64,000 nucleotides of DNA from Pelagomonas calceolata (lineage: Eukaryota). Under the pieces are notes generated by a model. That model ran no database searches. It saw only the letters and a program-made list of their open reading frames with translations, and was not told the DNA's origin. The stretch spans positions 1,178,001 through 1,242,000 of the forward strand of contig CAKKNE010000001.1 of assembly GCA_918797485.1 (NCBI GenBank), given 5' to 3'. Made by a program: the position numbers and the translations under genes. Position 1 is the stretch's first letter, and every line of letters begins with the position of its first letter. This document shows, piece by piece, positions 11,058 to 21,184 of this stretch.

Positions 11058-11573
11058 ATGTCCAATTCCGTCTCCAACCGCCACTTAGCCCCCGAGATTT
11101 ATGCAGCCTCGCGGCGCATGAAGGGCAAGTCCACAGAAACGGTAGTAGGCGACCTCACTACAAAAACGTTCCACGACCGGCAGCAACAACTCAACCCCCA
11201 CTCCGTCGTCGGCGCGAACCTCAAGAAGGAGGAGGACGCTTCTTTACACGGAAGGACCGCGCCCGTCCGCGGCAATCTGTACGGAGACATGACGGACTCG
11301 CCCCTCTACCCGCGCGAGCGCCCCGTGAACACGAGCGGGCACTCGGCGACGCCGCAGATCCAGTGGCAATGTGCGCAGGACGCCCAGGGCCGCACGTACT
11401 ACTACTCGTCGACGGGGCAGACTTCGTGGACGAAGCCGCCCGGTTTTGTGGACCAACCGTCACCGTGGGCGCCCCTCCAGGACTCGACGGGGCGGACCTA
11501 CTACTACAACGCGGCGACGGGGCAGACGAGCTGGCAGCCGCCGCCCCAACAACAGTACTACGCGCCCCGGTGA
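11058..11573 (+). CDS. Tandem WW-domain protein
   Basis: WQCAQDAQGRTYYYSSTGQTSWTKP and WAPLQDSTGRTYYYNAATGQTSWQPP. Confidence 0.85.
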   Translation: MSNSVSNRHLAPEIYAASRRMKGKSTETVVGDLTTKTFHDRQQQLNPHSVVGANLKKEEDASLHGRTAPVRGNLYGDMTDSPLYPRERPVNTSGHSATPQIQWQCAQDAQGRTYYYSSTGQTSWTKPPGFVDQPSPWAPLQDSTGRTYYYNAATGQTSWQPPPQQQYYAPR

Positions 11574-11724
11574 CCACGGCCCATTCGGCACCTCTCCTTT
11601 CTCCTTTATTGTTGGCGTCGGCCGGGTGGCTAGGCGGCCTAGCTCTAAGCAAAGCACTTGTAGTAAGTACACACATACATTAAACTTCTCGCTCGGCGCC
11701 GTCCGCAGAGGCGACAGCACTCTT

Positions 11725-11811
11725 CTCACAGCAGCTCGAGCGAGTTGCACACACGGCCACGCCATCGCCGCGACAAGGCGGCACTCACAGCAGCTCGAGC
11801 GAGTCGCACAC
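11725..11811. repeat. 28-bp direct repeat (1 mismatch) duplicating the end of the sulfotransferase CDS
   Basis: CTCACAGCAGCTCGAGCGAGT(T/C)GCACAC at 11725-11752 and 11784-11811. Confidence 0.85.
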
Positions 11812-13005
11812 CCGCTCGAAGATCGCGCGGTCGCCCGGGTACGCCAACGCGTATTCGGAAGCAGGAAACTCGGACAGGTGGAACGCGACGAGCTTTGACG
11901 CTCCCGCGAGGTCCTCGGGCGAGGGGTGCCTCGGCGATGGGTTCAGGTTTTTCAGAGGGGCTACTGAGGCCGCCCTCAGGTTTTTAATAGCGAAGGCCTC
12001 CCAGTCGCTCTGCAGCCGATCGTAGCACAATCCGACAATGCGCTTGGGCTGGGCCAGGAACTTCGTGCGGTTGATCCAGCGCTGGATGGGTAAGAAAGGA
12101 TTCGTTTCCACCGTGTCTTCTCGCGTGAAGTTCAGGCACGTCGTCGAAAGAGCGAATGGTGCCTTGACAAAAGCTTCGTCGACGGACGCATGTGCTCTTA
12201 GATTATCGTAGCACAGTCCCGTATTTGTTGTTATTCTCGATGCTCTATACCCGTCGCCGTCGCGCCAGTACCGCGCCGCCGAGGTCAGCCTTTGTAATGG
12301 ATCTCGGGCCACAAAGACGACCCTGACGAATCGAGGGAGCGAGTACATCGTCACCGACATCACCTGCAAGCGGGGAGGAAACACCTCCGGCGCGTTGGAG
12401 TGGGCCAGCGCGTGGGCCATCGTCGTGCCCGCGCTCTTGGCGACGTGCACGAAGTGCCACCGGTTGTTGTCGCACGACTTCTGTCGCATCAATAGGTCGT
12501 CCCTCAGCAGTCCAGCGAGGCACTTCTGCCCCGCTTCGAGAGCCGTCTCGCCGCATTGCGACACGAACAACGCATGCGGTAAAACCGCGGCGAAGGCGTC
12601 GGCCAAGGCGTCCCGCCGTGCGTCGGACGCCTCGACCCCAAATTGCACCTTCCAGGGGGGATTCCCCTCCTTGCCCACGGGGATCTCGTAGGGGCACCGC
12701 GACGCCGCGAAGGACCGCGCGTCGACCATCAAATCCCAGTTCGCCGGATGACTATAAGTTCTACAGGATCGCGTCGCGGCGACGCCGGCCTCGGCTATGT
12801 GCTGGACGTCGGCACCGGGAAACGTGACTGAAGCCCACTCGGCGATGGCGTCCCGCGCTAGATCATCATTTGCATCGGGGTCCACGCTGATCGGATGCGC
12901 GACGCCGTCGTGCGTGATTTCCGCAAGACAAGGTTTTCTTTCTGGGTTGTCGTAGCGCTGCTCGGCTAGCACGGTGGCTAGCAGAAAGGCTGCCCGGGGC
13001 CACAT
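11785..13005 (-). CDS. Secretory-pathway sulfotransferase-family protein
   Basis: Signal MWPRAAFLLATVLA; 5'-PAPS motif FVHVAKSAGTT; 3'-PAPS motif RDPLQRLTSA. Confidence 0.75.
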   Translation of the reverse strand: MWPRAAFLLATVLAEQRYDNPERKPCLAEITHDGVAHPISVDPDANDDLARDAIAEWASVTFPGADVQHIAEAGVAATRSCRTYSHPANWDLMVDARSFAASRCPYEIPVGKEGNPPWKVQFGVEASDARRDALADAFAAVLPHALFVSQCGETALEAGQKCLAGLLRDDLLMRQKSCDNNRWHFVHVAKSAGTTMAHALAHSNAPEVFPPRLQVMSVTMYSLPRFVRVVFVARDPLQRLTSAARYWRDGDGYRASRITTNTGLCYDNLRAHASVDEAFVKAPFALSTTCLNFTREDTVETNPFLPIQRWINRTKFLAQPKRIVGLCYDRLQSDWEAFAIKNLRAASVAPLKNLNPSPRHPSPEDLAGASKLVAFHLSEFPASEYALAYPGDRAIFERVCDSLELL

Positions 13006-13076
13006 GGGTGCTGTTTTCGAGAGATGCTGCCCTGGCGGCGCTGTTTTGGGCAGCTTTCGCATGGGCAGCGTCCATC

Positions 13077-13099
13077 CTAGTGTGTCTCTGAACGCTAGC
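13077..13099 (+). promoter_or_regulatory. CTAG-box (CTAGTGTGTCTCTGAACGCTAGC) in divergent spacer
   Basis: Lies in the 173-bp spacer between 13005(-) and 13179(+). Confidence 0.6.
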
Positions 13100-13178
13100 C
13101 CGCAGATTTTGCGCTCTTTTTGCTCTGAGCTCTTGCTACGCCCGCTCTCAAAAGCTGGGGTTGCAAGATTTGTAAACA

Positions 13179-13739
13179 ATGCTCCAAAGGACTATCGTAA
13201 GCCTCGTCGTATGCAGCGCTTCGGCTCTCAACGTCCGTAGTAGCAAGCTTGCCCCAGAGCTGCCTCCAGCAGCACTGTCTCGTCGTGCCTGGGGCGACGC
13301 GGCCGCGTGCGGAGCCGCGGCCGCATGGGTCGTCGCCGCGCCAGCCGCCCAAGCCTTGGTGACGAACCCGATCTGTGCCTCCGGCGTCGGCGACGGCTGT
13401 GCGGAGCTCGCCGCGGGGGAGTCGCCGCTCATCGCCGAGCTGCAGGCGCGGAGCGCCGAGAAGCGCGAGCAGCGCCGGAAAGAATCACTTGAAAGATACT
13501 CGGTGAACAATTTCAACGACTTCTTCGCCGTCGACAACAAATCGTTGGTAAGGCACGCGGACGGAACTTTCGAAGCCTTGCCGAAGGACGTCATCGCCGA
13601 GGGCCTGAAGAGCGGGCGCATCAAGTACGGCGCGCGGAGTGCGGGCATCGCGGACTTCAGTACGAGTCGCGCGCCGTTCGAGTTCAACGAGTCGTCTCCT
13701 GCGAGTCCTCCTAGTAGCAGTAATGAAAATTTGCAATAG
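13179..13739 (+). CDS. Thylakoid-lumen (Tat-type) protein, PsaN-like family
   Basis: Signal + ASAL, then SRR-hydrophobic-AQA lumenal transit; LQARSAEKREQRRKESLERYSVNNFNDFF resembles PsaN-like proteins. Confidence 0.6.
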   Translation: MLQRTIVSLVVCSASALNVRSSKLAPELPPAALSRRAWGDAAACGAAAAWVVAAPAAQALVTNPICASGVGDGCAELAAGESPLIAELQARSAEKREQRRKESLERYSVNNFNDFFAVDNKSLVRHADGTFEALPKDVIAEGLKSGRIKYGARSAGIADFSTSRAPFEFNESSPASPPSSSNENLQ

Positions 13740-13937
13740 CAACCCTTCCTGCGACGGACGCTAGCGTTTCGCGCTAGGAAAGCTCTCCATCCAGGCGGAG
13801 CTGAGCAGTGCGCGCTCGCCTTGCGCGAAGTTGTGGAGGAGCGGGCAGCCAGTTTGCGTACGGTATCTGCGCCAGCGTTGCTCGGTCGTCCGATCGGCAG
13901 CGATTACAGATCGGCAGCAAGATTACAGATCGGCAGC

Positions 13938-14408
13938 ATGGGTTTGAACTGGATCAGGGAACGCCGCCGAAGCAGCGACAAAGAGGTCGTACAGCGCAAG
14001 AAGGTCGTAAATCCGGACACGGGCGAGACGCCGGCCGGCTACAACAAAATGCTGCGCGACTGCGCGCGAATCGCCCTCGCGGGAGCGAGCGCCACGTTAC
14101 TATGCGGTTGGCCGCACGTCGCACTCGTCGCTTCCGCCGTCGCCGCGGGCTTGCTCCAGCAGGGGACGACCTACTCGATCAAAAACTGGAAGTGGACGGC
14201 CGTGTCGTGGTGTCTGCTCCCAGCATGCCTCACGGCATGGTTTCTGCGGTCCACCGCGGGAATGATCGACCCGGACCGCGGCTACTCGATTTATATCATT
14301 TTTGTGATGGTCGGACGCTTCACGGAATTCGCGGCCGGATCGACCGTTGCCATATTCCTCGCCTTCGCGCTGGCGGCGCCGCCCGACAAGTCCGGCGAGG
14401 CTCGATGA
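13938..14408 (+). CDS. Small multi-pass membrane protein
   Basis: 3-4 hydrophobic segments. The ATG is preceded by a tandem GATTACAGATCGGCAGCA duplication. Confidence 0.55.
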   Translation: MGLNWIRERRRSSDKEVVQRKKVVNPDTGETPAGYNKMLRDCARIALAGASATLLCGWPHVALVASAVAAGLLQQGTTYSIKNWKWTAVSWCLLPACLTAWFLRSTAGMIDPDRGYSIYIIFVMVGRFTEFAAGSTVAIFLAFALAAPPDKSGEAR

Positions 14409-14428
14409 CTAAGCACAACACTGTATAA

Positions 14429-15770
14429 TTAAGACTTCTCGACGGCCAGCAGCGTCCGCGCGCGCGTGCCGCCGAGGGCCTGCGTGGCCGCCGCGACGAC
14501 CGAGAGTGATGGAGGCAGCTCGTGCCCGATTTCGCTCGAGAGCTCCGGCGCGGCCGCCTGGCTCGACGGCACCCAGAACGCGAGCCGACGGCCGGCGCGG
14601 AGCCGCTTTGCCGCCAACTCAAACAGCGCCGGCCGCCACGGCGCCGCGCCCTCGACGCCGACGTCCACCCGCTCCCGGACGCCGTACGGCGGGTCGCAGA
14701 CGATCGCATCGACGGCGTCCACGGGCACAAAACCGCCGTCGAAGTAGTACTCCTCATCATCGAGGCGGCCGTCCAGAGCCGCCACGTCGGAGACGACGAG
14801 CCGCGGCGGGTCCAGGCCGCGGTCCAGGAAATTCCGCCGGATCGACGCGTCGCTCGCGAGGGACGGCTCGCCCCGTTTCTTTTCTCGTCGGCCCCCGACG
14901 TTGGCCATGTTCTGCGCCTTGCGCAGCCGCGCGTCGAGTTTCAAGGAGCCGTTTTCACAATTCGCTGTGCCGCGCAGCAGCGTCCGCGCGTCGGCGTCGG
15001 CGCCGATGCCGGGCCGCCGGGACATGTGACAAGCAGCCAAGAGGTTGCCGCCCGTGCCACAGAAGGGATCCAAAACAAGATCGCCGGGCCGCACGCGCGC
15101 GAACGACGCCGTCACGAAAGCGAGCGTCGCGTCCATCGTCGTCGAGCCTCTGTACGCTCTGTCCGCAACACGGTACCTGCGCGGCGATCGACCGGTGACG
15201 AAAGCACTGGAACTCGACGCAGGACCAAGACTGGCTCAGCAGCTGCGCCGCACAGCCGCGGGCGACGACACGTCCTACGACGACGGTCTCGCCTCGCAAC
15301 AGCACGGCCACGTCTTCCTCCGCGTCCTTGAGCCGCACCGGGCCCGGGAGTTCGTCCAGGACGCCGCCGAGCTCTTTGAAGAGGACCGGGTCGTGGGCGT
15401 TCACGAGGCCCGTGCGCCTTCCGGCTGCTTGCACGCGCACGCGCCACGACGCGCCGTTCGCGAGCGAGCCGTCGCTCGGTATGCGGGCTTGACTAGCAGC
15501 TTCTCGCAGCGTCGCGCCGGCGCCCCACTCCTCTAAAACGTAGCGCACGAGCACAGATCTCTCTGCCAGCGTCGCGGCGGCAGCATCGTCGGGCAGGTGC
15601 AGGCGCGCGCTCGTCGTCGAGACGTGTTCTACGCGACCGCCCAGGTCGTGCGCCGCGCTGTGAATATCTTCGCTGCGAAATGCTGCGTGCACATCTCGAA
15701 AAACGACTCGGTATGGGTGCAGTGACCAGGCGCAGGCGCTTAACAGCAGCAATACGTGCGAACGCGGCAT
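14429..15770 (-). CDS. TRM11: tRNA m2G10 methyltransferase TRM11-like; exons 15770-15232, 15176-14429
   Basis: Spliced LLSQ|YRVADRAYRGSTTMDA; LVLDPFCGTG SAM motif; DAIVCDPPYGVRE. The N-terminal signal-like peptide (AWSL) suggests organelle targeting. Confidence 0.8.
15177..15231 (-). other. 55-nt GT-AG intron, probably a decayed introner
   Basis: Needed to join the two frames; CTGCG...CGCAG mini inverted ends; contains ATCGCCGCG. Confidence 0.7.
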
Positions 15771-15929
15771 TAATCAATCAGTGCAAGTGGCGGCAGCCCT
15801 GAAACCTCGATCACTGCTTGCCGCAGCGCTGCTCTTTTTGCAATGAGCCGTTCGCTCTATCAAAAAGGAATGAAATGCCAGGATCTGCCGCGGGTTTCAT
15901 CAATAAATGCAGCTTTTTTCTGGCCGCGC

Positions 15930-15951
15930 GCTAGCGTCACAGAGGCACTAG
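15930..15951 (-). promoter_or_regulatory. CTAG-box (CTAGTGCCTCTGTGACGCTAGC) in divergent spacer
   Basis: Lies between 15770(-) and 16042(+). Confidence 0.55.
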
Positions 15952-16041
15952 CAAGCTATGCAACTCGGGCTCTGAGGACCGTACGAAGCCTGAAGTGCCT
16001 CCCAAAACGCCTCGCTGCAGGGAAGCACGCCCTCAGTCACC

Positions 16042-16924
16042 ATGAAGCTGGTCGCCATCCTTTTGGTCGGCGCCAGGGCAGGCATCAGCCCGAAGACCAA
16101 GTCCCGCCCAGCGTCCAATCTTTGCCGCGCGTACGCCGAGTGCATGCACTCAACGATCACCGACGCCGCCACCGCGCAGGATCGGCTACTCGACCGGCGG
16201 CGACACGAGTCTACCGATGGGCATCAACCCGACGGGGACCGTGTCGGTAGATTTACCTTTGGACGACCTGCCTATATCGGTAAGATTGAACGGCGAGTAC
16301 GAGATGTCCGAGAACGAGATGGCCCCGAAGGAGCTTACTGTCGATATTGATGCTGGTTCCGTCGGTCCCGTGGACGTTTCTGGTGTACTGACGATTGGTG
16401 ATCCACTAGGAGCGCGAGAGCTCACAGGAGAAGCGACGCTAGCGCACGAGTACGGCACGGTCACCTTCGATAGTACGGAGGCCATGCCCAAGGAGGTTAC
16501 GATCCGAGCACTGTCCAAGGCTGGGGTCGAGGTGCGGCCGTCCTGGAATCCTAGAATTGGCGCGCCCGAAGGTTTATCGTTTGATATTGACGCGAGACTA
16601 CAAGCCGATTCAGATAGAGCGGTGATCTACGCCACGGCGGCGCCCGGGAAAAGACCGGAGGTGCGGTTCCACTTCGGCTTTTCCGACGGAAGTCTGGACA
16701 TCACGCCCTTACTGGACGAGGGCGCGAAGGCTACAAAGTTTGAATATGTCAAGACGGGCCTGCCGAACGGCGCCTCGGCCAGGGCGACGCTCCAGGACAA
16801 GACGCTGACGCTCGGGGCGGAGGTCGCCGTGGCCGGCGGCGAGCTGCTGCCGGAGGTCACTGTGGACCTCAACGACGTGACGGCCGCGCCCAAATTGTCG
16901 CTGAAGCAGTCGTTCTCGCTCTAG
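16042..16924 (+). CDS. Signal-peptide protein rich in amphipathic beta strands; exons 16042-16100, 16180-16924
   Basis: MKLVAILLVGARA signal. A 79-nt GT-AG intron (16101-16179, ends CCGCGCAG) joins GISPKTK|IGYSTGG. The protein ends KLSLKQSFSL. Confidence 0.7.
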
Positions 16925-17522
16925 AAGTGCTGAGTCGTCGTGTAAGGAACCCTCAGTCTTAACAAATTCTTACGAATCACTCATCTGCTGCTGGTGGGCA
17001 TATCCGGGACAGTCCACCTTTTGGGTGCATCGGGTGGCATGCGGTCGGGTTCGGGTTTTATCCGGTTTCGCGCGGTCCCCGTAGGATGCCTCCAAAGCCC
17101 CCACGGACTGGTCGTCGGCGGCGGAGCAAAAGTCCTGCCAGACTCGACTAGTGAGGCAAGTCTTGGTGCGAGTAGTGCAGCGCCCCACATCGACTGGCGA
17201 AATACGCTGCTTCGCGTCAAAATTGGCACGCGCGCCCCACGCGCTGCTGCTACCGTACCTCCAGACGACCTCCAGCCGCGCTCCGGCCCGGCGGGGGGCA
17301 GCTTATACGCCGCGCCTTCGCCGCATCTCCCCCACTACCTTTCCGCGCTCTAGACCGCGCGCCACGCGGTACCGCGACGATCCGGCGGCCGAGGCAGTAT
17401 CCTCGGACCACGACCACGCAACGCGACGCTAGCTGGCGTATATCACGCGCAGAAAAGAAGAACCGCGACGCGCGTCCTGACGTCGAGGCAGAACTGACCC
17501 TCCCCTTGGTGTACCAGAGAAA

Positions 17523-18164
17523 ATGTCAGGAACGATTGAGCAGCTCAAGGAGCTCAAGGAGCTGCTCGATCAAGGCGTGCTGACGCAGGAGGAGTTCGAT
17601 GCTCAGAAGAAGGAGATCCTCGAGAAGCCCAAGACTACCCAGGTTGCACCGGAGCCGGCGATTGTCGCACAGCCGGCGACGATGCAGCCCGGCATGATGC
17701 AGCCCGGTATGATGCAGCCCGGTATGATGCAGCCCGGCATGATGCAGCCCGGTATGATGCAGCCCGGTATGATGCAGCCCGGTATGATGCAGTGCAATGC
17801 CGCCGGCCAGATGGTGGACGCATCTGGCAACATTGTCGTCATGGACGGAGGTGGGCGCGTGTGGTCCGCACCTTATTCCAAAATTATGGCCGACGAGTTC
17901 GACGGATGTTACTGCTCGTGGGGTCTGGTTCCGCTTTGGTCAGCTGCGAAGATCATTTCTCAAGGGGAGGACGCGTACACCGAGTCCGGCGTCTTTATGT
18001 TTTGGGGTATTTGGCCCTACTGGTTCAAGTATCTCCGTATCGCAAACACGAACACCTTCAAAAGGGAAAGGGGTCATCACACACAGAAATGGTCAAAGTC
18101 TAAAAAGGGAGCAATCAAGGTGGTCGACAACTGCCCTACCCTCTGCTGCATGCACAAGTGCTAG
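17523..18164 (+). CDS. SHOCT-domain protein with MQPGM repeats and Cys-rich C-terminus
   Basis: EQLKELKELLDQGVLTQEEFDAQKKEIL is a SHOCT motif. Confidence 0.8.
   Translation: MSGTIEQLKELKELLDQGVLTQEEFDAQKKEILEKPKTTQVAPEPAIVAQPATMQPGMMQPGMMQPGMMQPGMMQPGMMQPGMMQPGMMQCNAAGQMVDASGNIVVMDGGGRVWSAPYSKIMADEFDGCYCSWGLVPLWSAAKIISQGEDAYTESGVFMFWGIWPYWFKYLRIANTNTFKRERGHHTQKWSKSKKGAIKVVDNCPTLCCMHKC
17682..17792 (+). repeat. 15-bp coding tandem repeat ATGCAGCCCGG(C/T)ATG x7
   Basis: Read directly from the sequence; encodes (MQPGM)7. Confidence 0.95.
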
Positions 18165-18258
18165 GTATCGATCCCGCTGATGCAAGCCACGGTCAAGCGG
18201 AGAGGCGCGCGTGGAGTAGGTTTCCCCCTCCCTTTCTCCTATCCTTTTCTCACTACAT

Positions 18259-18543
18259 TCAAGCGTAATCATGATAAACTCTCATCCCGCCTCGCGTTCT
18301 AAGTTGAATTTTTGGATTTGAGGTAGTCGAGACTACCGCCATTTCTGCATGGCAGGTGTGACATTTGTGTCTTACGTATTCCTTGGTACATTTTTTGTTA
18401 CCCGAAAGTGAATTGCAACAGACTGAAAGCAATTTACCCCCTTTAAAGGCCGCTGCGATGTAGGGTTGGGCGAAAGTCGGGTTAGAGCGGGTCCGAAACG
18501 GTCCTAGTGTCGGCGGCAGTTTCGCGGCAAGGTGGGCTCGCAT
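18259..18543 (-). pseudogene. Truncated zinc-dependent (cytidine/dCMP) deaminase-like ORF
   Basis: IAAAFKGGKLLSVCCN...TCHAEMAVV matches the deaminase N-half (HAE). No PCxxC follows, and the DNA is AT-richer than its neighbours. Confidence 0.45.
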
Positions 18544-18689
18544 GGTTTTGAAAAGGTGCTCATCGGAACGCGGGGAGCGAGAGAAACGTTTTTACGGGGA
18601 CGGAAAGGGCGAGCGGCGAAGAACAGCGTTCTGACGAGCGGCGTAAAACAGCTTAAATGCTAGTGGCGCAAAACTCACTAGGGCCTGTG

Positions 18690-18717
18690 TGCCCCGTACC
18701 GTTAACGGTACGGGGCA
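18690..18717. repeat. Perfect 28-bp palindrome
   Basis: TGCCCCGTACCGTT|AACGGTACGGGGCA. Confidence 0.95.
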
Positions 18718-18874
18718 TAGTCCAGCCGGACGGGTGGGCCGGGGGGAGCGGGAGGGGTACGGGGGACCCCACGACGTAACTAGCCTGAGCCTGAGCCGGC
18801 CCGATACGATCACAACCACTGATCCGATCACTCGCCAGAGTGCGCCATCGACGCGCGTAGAAAGGAAACTAGAC

Positions 18875-19858
18875 TTACTTCTTCGCCTTCGCCTTGTTCT
18901 CGGCGTTCGCGTCCATGAGCCCCTTCCAGGCGACCGAGAAGAAGATCGAGGACAGACCGTTGCAGAGGATCTTCGCCGCGAGGCCTCTCCAGAGTAAGCC
19001 GGCAATGCCATCCCTATCAACAACCGCGAGCGCGGCCTCGACATACGTAATAGGAACCAACGACGTCTGGACCGCCGTCTTGACGACGCGCGTCGAGTTC
19101 GAGACGCAGTCGGCCACTACCGAAGAGGCGAAGCCGATGGCCGCTCTTCGTAATAGTTTTTTGGTGCGCGATTTTTTGGGCGGCGGCGGGACGCGGGCCT
19201 CCAGATAATTATTCGTGGCGAACCAAGGGTAGTGGCCCAGGAACGTCGCCACTATCGAGCCGAGAGCACCGGCCCACAAGACACCAGGGCCTTCGCTCGC
19301 GACGCGCTCCATCAATGTATTTAAGCCCGACGTGCCGTGGACCTGGAGCATGGTCTTTGCGGTATCGAGCGGTGATATTACTAAACGCCACAGCGCGGCC
19401 GCGGCCGAGGCGCACGCGGTCTGGGCCAGGATGGGCAGCGTAGACCCGTCGAGCACGTACAGCACCCCAGCGTTCGCCGCCGTGTCCCCGAATCGCGAGA
19501 GCGGTCCTTGTAATAAGGCATACTGTGCCCCGGCGTAAAATCTTCGAATGCCGCCCTCGGCATACAACGTTTCGATGACTTCTAATAACGACCCGCCGTG
19601 GCGCATCTGGTAGTTCACGGTAGTGCGTAACCACATCAAGAGCACGACCTGCAGCACCATGGCGACGGCGCCGGGCAGGCCCCCACCCAAGGCCTTCGTG
19701 AGGGCCGCGCGGACGTCGAAGCCGCTGGATGATGTTGCTTTGCGGGGCGCCGGCGACTTCTTGCGCGCCGCCGGCTTTCGCGCCGGGGACTTGGCTCGCG
19801 GCTTGCGCGGCGACGCTGCACCTGCGGCCGTGGCCCTTGCGGCTCGGGTGGCGACCAT
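18875..19858 (-). CDS. Mitochondrial carrier family (SLC25) protein
   Basis: PLDTAKTMLQ, WLRTTVNYQ, GIRRFYAG, GIAGLLWRGL; three-repeat carrier layout. Confidence 0.88.
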   Translation of the reverse strand: MVATRAARATAAGAASPRKPRAKSPARKPAARKKSPAPRKATSSSGFDVRAALTKALGGGLPGAVAMVLQVVLLMWLRTTVNYQMRHGGSLLEVIETLYAEGGIRRFYAGAQYALLQGPLSRFGDTAANAGVLYVLDGSTLPILAQTACASAAAALWRLVISPLDTAKTMLQVHGTSGLNTLMERVASEGPGVLWAGALGSIVATFLGHYPWFATNNYLEARVPPPPKKSRTKKLLRRAAIGFASSVVADCVSNSTRVVKTAVQTSLVPITYVEAALAVVDRDGIAGLLWRGLAAKILCNGLSSIFFSVAWKGLMDANAENKAKAKK

Positions 19859-20221
19859 GGTGTGTAGCTGCGCAGTGCTCTTGTAAATTTGTAGGCTGGA
19901 ACTTGGCGATATATAGGTTCGATCAAATGCAAAACTTGGGTCTGCGGGTGCACGCTACGGCTAATGCAGGTGCAATTTGCAAGTCTGCTTGTCTCCGGTA
20001 CCCGCACGAAACGAGCGCGCTCCTCCTCGCCTTCCGGCGCTGCGGAGGCGTGCTCTCATCACGAATGAACCGGGACGAGGCGAGAGATCGGTGCGGACGG
20101 AGATGAGAGATTTTGATGGGGTGACCTCAGAGAGGTAAAGCTGTACCACACGGCACTCTGCAAAGCGCATTCGGAGCTCTCTGCCCTTCATAAACGCTGC
20201 ACGGTGCACCCCAGGAACGAT

Positions 20222-21146
20222 ATGCAGCGAAAAGTCGTCGCACTCGCCCTCGCGGCCACCGCCGTGGCGGCATGGCAGCCGGCCACTCGCATCAGCAGCC
20301 GCGCGACGCCGCTGAAGATGAGCGAGCAGCTCACGGACGACGAGGAGGCCGAGATCATTGCGAACGCGCAGAAAATCGCGAAGAAGAAGCGCTCGAACCT
20401 CTACAACGAGGAGGGCGTCGCCTACGTGCGGTGCAGCGCATCAATCAAATTGTATAAAGTGCTCCGCCAACGCTGCATCAGGCCCTCCACGCCGTCGACG
20501 CGCCGCCGGCGCAACGGCGGGGCGGTCTGGGACTTGCGCCCCTCCATGCGGCCAGCGCGGCCTCGCGCACCCGACTCACCGGTTCATTCACACGCAGGCG
20601 CCCTGGATGGTCAGGCAGGTCGACGAGGACGCCGTCGCCGCGGCGCGCGCGATGCGCGGCTACGAGAAACGGCGGGAGCGCATCGCGCTCGAGGAGAAGC
20701 AGGGTACGATCAACATCTTGGACGCTGCCTCCTCGGAACTCACGGGGTTGGGACTGAAGGCCAAGGTCTTGTCGGAGGACGAGGTCGAGCTGACGTGGTC
20801 GACGGACGACGAGGAGGCCAACCGGGGCTTCCTGGTGGAGAGAAAAGCTGTGGGCTACAGCGACTGGGATGAAGTCGCCTCCTACCAGTCGTGGTCGCCC
20901 CTCAAATCCAAGGGCACGCTGGGCGGCGCCTACTCGTACATCGACGCGACGGTGTCCGAGGGCGAGTGGCTCTACCGTATCGTCGCGGAGCAGTCCGACA
21001 ATAGCCGCGCGATTGTCTGTCAGGTCGGCGTCTCCGTCGAGAACTCGGGCCAGCAGCTCCAGACCAAATTGGTTGTGGGCGGGTTTGCGGCGCTCGTGCT
21101 GGGCGCGCTCGCGGCGGGCGCGCTGCTGGACCCGATCAAGGGCTAG
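20222..21146 (+). CDS. Plastid-targeted protein with FN3-like fold and C-terminal TM helix; exons 20222-20425, 20598-21146
   Basis: Signal + AAWQP; spliced GVAY|APWM; VELTWST..GFLVERK..YSYIDATV..WLYRI is FN3-like. Confidence 0.75.
20426..20597 (+). mobile_element. Introner-derived intron (172 nt), inserted in the opposite orientation to the kinesin copy
   Basis: GTGCGG...CACGCAG. The 3' end GCACCCGACTCACCGGTTCATTCACACGCAG resembles GCACCCGACGCACTGGTTGATTTCCACACAG; contains CCACGCCGTCGACGCG. Confidence 0.85.
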
Positions 21147-21184
21147 CTCGATTCTCTTAGTGGTAAAATGTTTCTCTCGAGTTG

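Noticed and set aside
16970..17200. Possible RNase P/MRP, snRNA or tRNA
   Set aside because: No diagnostic conserved boxes could be matched by eye.
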